Position numbers and translations under genes: made by a program. A stretch of 20,290 nucleotides of DNA from Geosiphon pyriformis uo1 (Eukaryota; Fungi; Glomeromycota). The notes under the pieces were generated by a model that made no database searches, had not been told where the DNA came from, and was given only the letters and a program-made list of their open reading frames with translations. The stretch's first letter is position 1. Every line of letters starts with the position of its first letter. The stretch lies in NCBI GenBank assembly GCA_016748015.1, contig JAAOMT010000172.1:9687-29976 (forward strand). Direction: 5' to 3'. Shown in pieces: positions 10,935 through 20,290 of the stretch.

Positions 10935-12275
10935 TGATATCGGTGGCAAAGAGTAGAGTAAATAAAGCATTACACTTTGAATAATAAAATATAGTATTTG
11001 GTTGTTGATAAGTTCTGTTATTATAATAATGAATCCTGTCAGTTCACTATTAAAAAATTGGTATATCTAGAAAAATAATACTGAATATAATAATTAATTA
11101 TGTTAGTACTTTCAAAATTGAAAATTAATTACTTTGGTATATAGATGTGAAAATTCTATATTTTTTCCATTTTTTAGAGTAAATTTAGTGTCGACTATTA
11201 CATTAACTAAAATTGTCATAATAGAAACAACTGCAAAACTAATTTTCTAAATTAATTATTCATTTAATCTTAAAATTTAAAACTAACTGCTACAATAGAG
11301 CCACTTAAAACTGCTAATATTACTACAATAATAATAAACAACAATTTATGATACCTAGTGTCTGAATAAAAAAATTGATTAAATTCACGAAAGGCAAGCA
11401 TGTGTTCCAATTCAATCTTAGTTTTTTTTAAAAAAATATGATAAAATCTTAATATATACTATAACTTTGCTCTTTTCTAATGTAGTAGCCCAGTTGGTAA
11501 GACCCAAAGCCTCCATTAGTTGTAGCAAAAGGTACGAAAAAACTGATTTTCATGTTTCCTTTTAACTCATTAAGATAGGTTCTAAATGAAAATTGAATAT
11601 AAATAAATAAAGTTATTGAGATCTATATACTAACTTAAATATTATTAAAAATATTCCTCTTATTTCTATAACATCATTTAGAGATTTATTTATAATAATA
11701 ATATTTTACCAAAAGATAACTAGAATTAAGAGGATAAACGGAAGTTATTTCCATAATTTTTATCTTTGTTTAAAAAACTGTGTATTTAAGTGTAAATTTA
11801 AGAAAGTCTTCATTACTATAACATTCAAGTATAATTATTCCATCTTGCTGCATCACGGATATTTTATAAAAATCTATCAACTTCTTTTAAATCAATTGAG
11901 TATACCATTTGATATATTGATTGTGATGATTAATTCTTAATAATGGAAATAAATTAACCTAAAAACGTCGAAATAATGAAGAGATCATGATTAAAATAAA
12001 AGATTAAAAAATCTACAAAAAAGTGTTCTCCCTAATTTTACAATTTTTTAAGTTTATAGATTATTTTAAATTCAAACAAAATTTCTGGTATACAAAAAAA
12101 TCAATCATTATTAATATTTTTATATTTTTAATTGGTAAAAAAATGTTACTTTTTGTTGTTGCGAATTAAATAAATCGTATTCTTGAAGCCCGACCCTAAG
12201 TTTTAATCTTGAGTTTCAGTATCATAAAGTAACTTAATTTATCAAATATTAGCCCATCTTTTGAATTAGCTTAAA
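10935..12275 (-). pseudogene. Right arm of the inverted repeat; relic paralogue of the membrane-protein gene, in the same orientation as the intact gene
   Basis: Shares the large deletions of the left arm. It also keeps a ~45-bp exon-1-like segment (about 11905-11947) that the left arm lacks, and extends further 3' (GCTTTATTTACTCTACTCTTTGCCACCGATATC = ALFTLLFATDI vs ALFTILSAADI). Confidence 0.88.
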
Positions 12276-13939
12276 TGTAACATATTAACTTGATCTGAAT
12301 AGCTAGATGGCTAATTAATTTTTTATTAATATTTTAAGTTTTTTTTATTCTTATTTCTTGTCTGCTGCATTATTTGAAACATAAAATCAATTTCCCAAAT
12401 TTTGAAACCTATCAAAATCAACTTTTTCTAAAATCAAAAATCAATTATGAATAGAGCATATATTTTAAAGAAAAGGATAATTTTTGCAAATGGTTCTTTT
12501 TTATTTGGGATTTGAAAAATTTTTCAACAGCCAGAAGTTGATTATATTTTTAAATTATGAAGCAGATTTAATCCTGAATTTGAATAAATGAAAGGAAAAT
12601 TGAACATTCTAAACTGCAAAAAATAGTTGTATCGACAATGATAAATAGTAATAAAAAAAATTGCATTATTATTTAATTAATAAAAAAATATTTTTTGAAT
12701 AAAAGATTTGATAAGCTTTTAAACTTTTTGCTTATACATTCATAGCATATATTTTTTAATTCAAATTCAAAATTTTTAAGATCCTCTTGTTACAGTAAAT
12801 AAAGCCATTTGACATTTCGCATGAATTAATGGCTTATTACTTTCTGTATCTTACCACAATTGAAATATTGGTGACAATTAAGTTAATAATCATTTATTAG
12901 TCAATTTAGTATACGGTTATTATAAACTTATTTTTCATTATTCATTCTAGAAATTTTTTTGGGTGGGATTTTTATTGCTAATCAAAAATCTCAAATGAAA
13001 CAGTCAAAAGATGAAAATTTATGATAAAATTTTGGAATAACAAAAATTAGCCAGAGATTGTCAAAAATCCGTCTGAGAGTTAAGTTCATAGTTGATAGAT
13101 AGAGTTTTTGAAATTTATATAATGTAAATATCATTAAAAATATATTTTGCTAAATTTTTAATTTCATTTAGTCATTCATTTATTTATTACCTTTATAACG
13201 AACTTTTAAAACAAATAAAAATTTAATAAATTTGGACTGAAAATTAAGATTTAGAATTTTCTAATTTGAATCATAAATAAAAAATCTATTATAAAAGGGT
13301 TGGCTAGATTATCAACAAAAATACTTATAGAATGTTACTATTCGATCTTTTGACTTGATGGTTCCGATTTTTTTACTTGCCACTTTTCATCATTTGTTTA
13401 CTTCAGATTTTAATTTCCTTAAAGCTCAGTGTTTTTATACACATATTTCTTTGAAAAATGAATTTTAATTTGAAAGTATTAACAAGATTTCATCTATTCA
13501 GAGTTTTTATGCTAATTTCCATGGTAATTTCGATAAGTTATAACTATTTATCTAAGTTAATAATTTCCTGTGGTGTCAAGATGAGATCGATCTTTGCACA
13601 TTGCTTTGTCAGAAATTCAGCAAGATTCCCATGGCATTTGATTGTGTTTTCGAGAGTTTTACATAAGATAAGCTCTTATTTAGAAGATGTTCTTATTAGC
13701 TGTTAAAAGGATTTTGGTATATAATATAAAAATAACAGTTAACCTGATAATAGACAAACAAATAACTAAATAAATAAATGATAAAATCCTGTTTTTTACT
13801 AATTCGCAAATCTTCTGAACGAAAATCATTGGTTATAATGGTAATTTGCTGATTATCTCGGAACATAGTAAATTGCTGGTAAAAAAATTTAAATCAGATA
13901 ATAAACTATGAACCCAACCTAGGTGTTTTGAAGAGAATA

Positions 13940-15403
13940 ATGAATTCTTTCAAAGTTTTTGCGATAAAAAGCTTCATGATATTATGGAGAAAAAAAATTA
14001 TCTTTTTAATACTTATATACTTTGCATTTTACTTTTGGTCACATGAAAATTCTAAAAGCTTGATAGTTTCTCATCAAGCTCTAAAAATTCAAAATTTCTA
14101 CAAAAAGGATGGAAATCTCACTTTTCCCATCGTGGTTAATCGTAAAAACCAAAATAAAGTTTCTTTCCAATTCAATCGAATCACAAAACGATCTCAATCG
14201 CTTCCTAAAACTTTAATAAATTATAAAAAAAGTTTATTACCGCTTTATAAAGAGTTGGCACACCTTGCAAGTGATTCTTATTGCAATTTAAAAAGTGGGC
14301 CCATAAATGGTTTGATCTTTTCAGAATAAAACAATTGATTTAGATCCACTTCATATTAAATATTATTTTTTACTATTTATCTTAAATTTTTACTTTTTAG
14401 TCAAATTCGGATTTGTTACTAATAAAGAACATCATCTGATTTTTGTTGTGTACTTTGGAGGACCAGTAATTATTTCTCATTTTCTGAAATAGCATGTCAA
14501 AATGAAATTCACTAAATAAGAATTTCTTGATTTTATTCTTAGAAAATAAAAAAGATTTCCTGGCGCACTGAAATTGATAGACAAATTTTATTTCAAGTGA
14601 AAGGCTTCCCAACATTTGACGATGATGCCCGGGTTAATAAACTATCCTTGGAAATTGTTGAATCCATGTTTCCCAGAATTTTAGGAACTATACGGGAATT
14701 TTTAAATACAAATTCCAAGATAAAGCACATTTTTTTCGTTGGGCATGCTATTGGTGGAGGTTCGAGAAACTAGGATTTTTTTTTTTAGTTTTCATAGTAA
14801 AAATTTGAAATACTTTTATATTTCTGAAATACCTAGGATACGCCTCAATCGCTGGTGTTCGATGGGCTATCCAGAGATATGATATTACTGCTTCGAATTT
14901 ATGGCCTGAAATAGATATGGGTAATATTGGACAACATGTTGTCACATTTGGAGCTCCCAGAATTGGAAATAGCCGATTCAGTAAATTTGCAAATAGCGTA
15001 ATTTCACATCATCGCATAACCCATGGAAATGACCATGTCCCACACTCTCCTTTAGATCCATTAAAGTGGTATCATTTTGGGTTTGAAATCTGGATTGAGC
15101 CATTAGAAAATTGCAATTGTCCCGATGATGATGTTAATTTTGAATCATATTCATATTGGGATTGTAATAATCAATTATTTGAAGAGGAACAAAGACAAAT
15201 ATGGCTTGAATATTGGACTAGTGAGAATATGGTAAGTTTTATTTAAATAAAATCTTTTAGACCGATGAAATTTGAAGAAATCTTTTCTTTAGGAGTGTAA
15301 TGGAGGACAATCAATCATCAACGTTCCAGATGATTTGTTCCATGACGGGCCTTATTTCGATGTTAGAATGGGTGATTGTAGTCAATTTTTGAAAAGAAAG
15401 TAA
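13940..15403 (+). CDS. Class 3 lipase (alpha/beta-hydrolase) fold protein with N-terminal membrane anchor/signal; catalytic Ser replaced by Ala; about 385 aa
   Basis: GT-AG model join 13940-14309, 14401-14465, 14543-14759, 14837-15231, 15293-15403 (1158 nt, open). Motifs: LASDSYC, FFVGHAIGGG, TFGAPRIGN, RITHGNDHVPHSP, YHFGFEIWI, HDGPYF. Confidence 0.9.
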
Positions 15404-15514
15404 AAATATGGACTATATTTTCAGAAGGGTGACACAAAATTAAGAAGATTTTTTCCAGATTAAAAATGACAACGATTATTTTTCCCCGTTAAACATAATA
15501 AAAGTAACTCTTTT

Positions 15515-15900
15515 TATTGAAAAACAAACCCTTTCTTTTATAATTCCTTCAACACGTTTTGGATTGAATAAATAAATTTAAAAATTGTTTCTAATGGAAT
15601 AAGATTCCAAACAGTAAAAACTTCTCTTCTAAGTCAGTTTCTGTTTATGGCTTTCAGTTTTGGTGAGTCCAATTTTTAACTTGTCTTCACATATTTACTA
15701 TTGGATTAAAGATCTGGCGCTATTGGAGTTTTATTTCTCTGAAATATTGCTTCTTTGGCTTTACCAATCATACATGAGGTGTTACATCTATATTATGAAA
15801 TTTTCTATAAGAATCGGTGCTTATAAAGAATTCGTCTGTCAAAGAATTGGTTGCTAATCCTCTTGGTTCCAATGCTTATAGATTTAACCATTTAATTCGG
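15515..15900 (-). mobile_element. Decayed Tc1/mariner (IS630-Tc1-mariner) transposase C-terminal relic
   Basis: With frameshifts the minus strand reads PDL/NPIVNM*RQVK (cf. SPDLNPIENxW), then TVWNLIPLETIFKFIYSI/KRVEGIIK (cf. W..IP......L..SM..R...VI...G). It contains multiple stops. Confidence 0.65.
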
Positions 15901-17243
15901 TTTACCTCATAATCCTTTGTTTTTTATGCATCTATCATAATATATGTATTTAAAAAATTTATTCAATTAAAAATTGTCAAAAATTTGAAAATTCATGCCA
16001 AGTTACATTCACAAATTAAAACAACTCTAATTTTACTCTAATCGAATGCAAAAATTTGAAATTAAATGCGTTAAAAACGCAAATTTTGGGAAAAACTTTT
16101 TATTCTAAATTTTATTTATTAAATATAATCAGCTTAAAATTAATAAAAGCTATTTGTAATTTTAAATATCTAATTCAAAAATCTTTCTTTTTTTATAATG
16201 TCACTTATTTTATTGTTTTTACTTATTAATTCCGAATTTAAATTAAATCAAAGATTTATTTTTTGATTAACTAATAAATCAAAATCAATTTTATTTGAAA
16301 ATTTTGTCTTTGATATACAATTTTTAAATATTTTTTTAAAAGTATTTATAGAAAATATACAGATATATTTTAAATCACGTTTTTTTTGTGCATAAATTAA
16401 TCGAGGTATTTATTGATTTTATACAAACAATACTATTTGATTGTGCTTCTATTTGCAGCAGTTAATATCGCAATTCCAGCTGTGTCAACTTTGGAATCAT
16501 ATGGAATGATATTTTCTTGCGTAAAATATTTTCCATTAAGTCCTTGTCAGAATTATGTGAAAACGTTTTTCATGAAAAAGAATTTTTTTGATATTTTAAG
16601 TTTTATAACTAGACATGTTTCTTATGATGTGTTTTAGTTATTGCAGATTTATATTGGAATGTAAGATTACAATATATTGTATGTTCAAAAAAAATTTCTA
16701 TACAAAAGTGCACAGATATGATAACATAGAGCCATCGATTATTAACAAAAATAACGTGGTCGCATAATTTTAGCCGTCCCCTGTGGAAGGATAATAATTA
16801 AATTTTTATTATTATTCAAATAAGAGCTTTTTTCAATTTTATTAAGTAAATAAAAGACGCAATTAATTCAAAAAATTGATAGTCTAGATGTTTGATAGAT
16901 AAGCTAATAAAAGAATTTAGTATGAAGGGAGTTAGAAAAAGAAGATGAAATTTACGCTTTAAAAAACAGGGGTATTCGTTTAACGCAATAAAGGTCTGTT
17001 TCAAAAAAGGAAGGGGGAAACATCTATTGGACTCGGGTAATTTGCCTTAATGTTTGGAGGCGCTTTCGGCTATGAAATATGAACACCATGTTCTTTATGC
17101 TGTGGCCATTTACATTATTCAGTCTAGTGTATTAATTTTTGCATAAGAGATATGGGTCCCACGGTTTTAAGGGTGATGTGAATTTGATTTCCCATACTGA
17201 TTGTATTTAGCCATTTTAGGATAGCCGAGTCAAAAAAAAATGA

Positions 17244-17296
17244 GTCATGAGGATCTGCTTAATATTACGTTGGTCATGAGGATCCGCGTAATAATA
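17244..17296. repeat. Two-copy 29-bp-period direct repeat
   Basis: gtcatgaggatctgcttaatatta at 17244 and gtcatgaggatccgcgtaataata at 17273. Confidence 0.75.
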
Positions 17297-17624
17297 TAAA
17301 AAATTTCTAGAAAGTACTAAGGTTTCAAAAAATGACGCTTTGTTTTTAATAGTTAACCCCACCCTTGTATTCTTGGATTCTTGTTTTCACGTTTTCGCGT
17401 GAAAAACAAACGTATAATTTTGATTTCAAAATCAACAACTTAGAGGCAGTAACATATATAAAGAGGTGTTCCCTGCCTTCAAGCAAAATTTTATCCTATA
17501 TGGGATTGCTCTTAACTTTATCGACAACGAATTACTGGCGTCCACCAACTCACGAACCCAACAGCTATAACCAGTACGACTAACGACTCACTATTCATTA
17601 CTCACAAATTCAAAGAACACTAAA

Positions 17625-17760
17625 AAAATCCAAGAGAGGTTCATTCTCGTCCCCAGTCGTACTGATAGCCACAGCAGGTCTCCAAGGTTAAAAGCCTCCA
17701 GTTGATAGAACAATCCAGGTAAGGGTGTTGACGTATCTCTTCTAGCTCTAAGTGTTGAGT
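17625..17760 (+). pseudogene. Degenerate nuclear LSU (25S/28S) rRNA fragment 1
   Basis: gtcgtactgatagccacagcaggtctccaaggttaaaagcctccagttgatagaacaatccaggtaaggg resembles the conserved eukaryotic LSU segment gtactcataaccgcagcaggtctccaaggt.aacagcctctagttgatagaacaatgtagataaggg. gctctaag follows at 17745. Confidence 0.85.
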
Positions 17761-17866
17761 GAGGGAGGGGGGCATCCTTTACCGGAAAAAATCCCAACCT
17801 TAACCGAAGAAACTCAACCAAGCGCGGGGTTTCCAACTCCTTTATATCGCCAAAAGTGGTGTTCTC

Positions 17867-18070
17867 TAACCACTGTGCATGCACCCATTCTGCTGAATGT
17901 CTGTTTTCACTTATGGTCTATGACATGAATTGTTATACCTTTGTGCATGTACCCATTCTGCCGAATGTCTGCTTCCACTTACGGTCAATGACATGAATTG
18001 TTATTTAACCTCTGTGCTTGCCGCATTCCAGCTAAATGTCTGTTTCCACTTATGGTTATTGATGTGCATC
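17867..18070. repeat. Three-copy ~68-71-bp tandem repeat inside the rDNA relic
   Basis: Units start at about 17867, 17936 and 18006, with core tgtgc..g...cattc.gc..aatgtctg.tt.cactta.ggt. Confidence 0.9.
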
Positions 18071-18169
18071 ATGGGTTAAACTCTTCCTATCTACTATCTA
18101 GTGAATGGACTGAGCTTGGCAAAATCAGCGGGAAAAGAAGACCCTAATAAATTTGACACTAGTTTGACA
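18056..18169 (+). pseudogene. Degenerate nuclear LSU rRNA fragment 2
   Basis: cctatctactatctagtgaa...gcttggcaaaatcagcgggaaaagaagaccct...ttgacactagtttgaca matches the conserved LSU segment ccctatctactatctagcgaaa...ggcttggcagaatcagcggggaaagaagaccctgttgagcttgactctagtttgaca. It is collinear with fragment 1. Confidence 0.88.
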
Positions 18170-18334
18170 CCAATAATTGACGGATAACCATCACCCACCA
18201 ATAATTCGCAATTCAACATTCGAATAACCAATGAATACGGAATAGAAATTCATGAAAAATCGATCATCAAATAACTGAATTAAATTTTAGGATTAGGTGG
18301 TGAGGAATTGATAATTGTTAGTCTGTTATTTATG

Positions 18335-18452
18335 TCTTGCAAGAATAAAAAGTGGGAGGGGGGTAGTTTAAGATTTCTTACAAGAATGAAAAGCGGGAGG
18401 GGGTAGTTTTAGTTTAAGATTTCTTACAAGAGTGAAGAGCGGGAGGAGGTAG
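18335..18452. repeat. Three-copy ~41-46-bp G-rich tandem repeat
   Basis: tctt(g/a)caaga.t.aa.ag.gggagg.ggtag units at 18335, 18376 and 18422. Confidence 0.9.
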
Positions 18453-19599
18453 CAGCATTTGTCAATTATCTTTTCTATATCCATCTAGTCTATATAGAAA
18501 AATTGTTCACCGTTGCCAATTTGTATAAACTCTTGTTATTTACTGTTTATTGTTTAAGCCTATTGAAATTTAATTCAGAAATTTGAAATGATCGATATAA
18601 AACATTTAAGAAACCTTATGTATAATAAACTATTATATTTAATATAAATATTTTTAAAAAATAGTAGTTCGATAATAACATTAAGAATTGTTAATATTAG
18701 CATAAGTTCAAGCAATAATAACTTTATTTTTCAAACCACCGATCAAATATGCTTCTCGAGACCTTTTATACGCAAGTTCCGTTTATTTGATGATCTAATA
18801 TCGGGTTTAAATATAAAAGTTGAGACAATATTGAGCATGCTTAATATGCTCTTTCATCGTGTAAAACGAAAACCCTCTGCTCTTGCTATCGAAATGTATT
18901 AATTTGATCAACTACGAATGAAAAATTTAGCATTTTCGAAAAACAATGATGAGTAAATGTACTTGCTAAAAATCATGTTCAGTCTGGTTATTCAATACAT
19001 CCTTTATTTATTACTTGGGAGTCTTAGGATATTATTGTCAAAATCGATCACACGCAATAATGCTTGAATCAAATAGACGAGCGTTTTATTGTTAAATAAA
19101 ATCTAATATCTAAATCTTCAAAATTAAGTTTCGTTTCATATAATTAAAATTCCACAATATTTCTTTAACAAAAATAATTTTATTTCTAGAATTTTATTTA
19201 TTTTTGAGAAAGTGGTTTTTTTAATGTGCCAATTATTTTCGGTACTTTCTAAATTTGATGAAAGAAATATAATTGAAATTTCGGGGGGGGGGGGTAGGTA
19301 TAATAATTCAGAGATCAATATTATAAACTCGTGATAAATATTTAAAATCTTTTTGAAAAACAAATAAATTTTATTTAACGCATTTATTTTATTAATTTTT
19401 AGTAGAAATTAATAAAAACAAACTTAATATATATATTTTATTTGTCTTTTTCATTTCTATACTAGGTTTTTTTAGTAAACGATTAAAAGAAACCGTAAGG
19501 CTCTTGTACTATTATTTAAACTTTAAATTCTATTATATTCAAAAATCAATTATTATTTAAAATTGCTTTGTTGTTTTCATTCTTTAATCACTTTTGGTG

Positions 19600-20054
19600 C
19601 AAAAAATGGTTTCATTCAAAGTTGTCTAAAGTAGCTTGTAAATTCGTTTCAATGAGAGAGATATAAAAGAATATTAAAGTGAGAGCATTTATAATTTTTT
19701 TCAAATGAGCTTTATATTATAAAAGAGGCAAAATTCCGCTTTCAAATATCTCATACAACCTTGGCACTAAGTTTTGCGTTAAAATTATTCAATATTTATT
19801 TTGAATTATTTTTCAGAAATAGTTATTTATAATCTCAACTAATTGAGAATATTGGAGCTGTGTTAAAGCATAATATAAAGAAAAAAGTAAAAGGAATGGT
19901 TGCAAAAAAATGGCGTATCTTAAGAAATATTTATTGGTCAAATCAAAGAAGAATGGGCAAACCTTCTAGGAAGTTGGTTCTTATTAACATTCATGACATG
20001 TATGTTCGTATTCAGGCTTGTATAAATGTCAAAGGAGGCTTTATTCAATATTAA
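19600..20054 (+). mobile_element. Decayed Tc1/mariner transposase C-terminal relic
   Basis: Ends MYVRIQACINVKGGFIQY* (typical Tc1 terminus SMPxRxxAxIxxxGGxTxY). aatctcaac/attgagaatattggagctgtgttaaag reads NLN/IENIGAVLK (cf. DLNPIENxWxxLK). The upstream part is disrupted and the 5' boundary is uncertain. Confidence 0.75.
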
Positions 20055-20290
20055 TTTATAGCTTTGATATTAATAAAACATATCCTGGTTTTTATATTTT
20101 TGTTTTTAATTAGAATAATTTAATTAATTTTAATAAAAATAAAAATAATTGAGAATAATAACAAAAAAAATAAATAGATTTAAATTAATCAACAAAAAAA
20201 TATATATTAATAAATATAACCGAAAAAACTATTAACTAAAAAAATTATCTTTACTAATTAAATTGTTTTTATTTTATTATACTATTATTA

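Noticed and set aside
2509-12275. Large TIR transposon (Pack-MULE/foldback) carrying the membrane gene
   Set aside because: The arms are gene-derived, the outer ends are ragged, and I see no target-site duplication or internal transposase.
15420-16785. Possible TIR pair for the left Tc1 relic (gggtgacacaaaatta vs taattttagccgtcccctg)
   Set aside because: Too few matches to call inverted repeats, and no clear TA duplication.
17140-17180. Further upstream LSU similarity (taagagatatggg...gttttaag)
   Set aside because: Too short and degenerate to distinguish from chance without a covariance-model search.
17591-17884. 97-aa minus-strand ORF
   Set aside because: Antisense to the LSU rRNA-derived segment; it is open because of locally higher GC.
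19283-19294. G12 homopolymer
   Set aside because: Isolated run with no supporting context; its length is unreliable in assemblies.

Overview
Very AT-rich eukaryotic DNA with short GT-AG introns. The gene families suggest an arbuscular mycorrhizal fungus (Glomeromycotina; inference). (1) A minus-strand Sel1-repeat gene (ATG 2129, running off the left edge) has an array of near-identical 108-bp repeats, one in-frame CAA>TAA stop, and a Cys-rich region ending in a CxxC..WCxxC motif that usually precedes protein kinase domains in these fungi. (2) A 9-10-exon minus-strand gene (8057-4665) encodes a signal peptide, a large ectodomain and a multipass membrane domain with an EDIPQ motif; its micro-exon is one base short. 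(3) Two ~1.2-kb inverted arms (2509-3744 and 11015-12275) flank that gene and are deleted relics of a paralogue of it. The left arm is followed by an inverted relic of the Sel1 gene's 5' end. (4) A 5-exon class-3 lipase-fold gene (13940-15403) has Ala in place of the catalytic Ser (GHAIGG). (5) Two decayed Tc1/mariner transposase relics flank a decayed 28S rDNA fragment that shows CpG-transition damage and internal tandem repeats. All alignments were done by eye, so boundaries of degenerate features are approximate.
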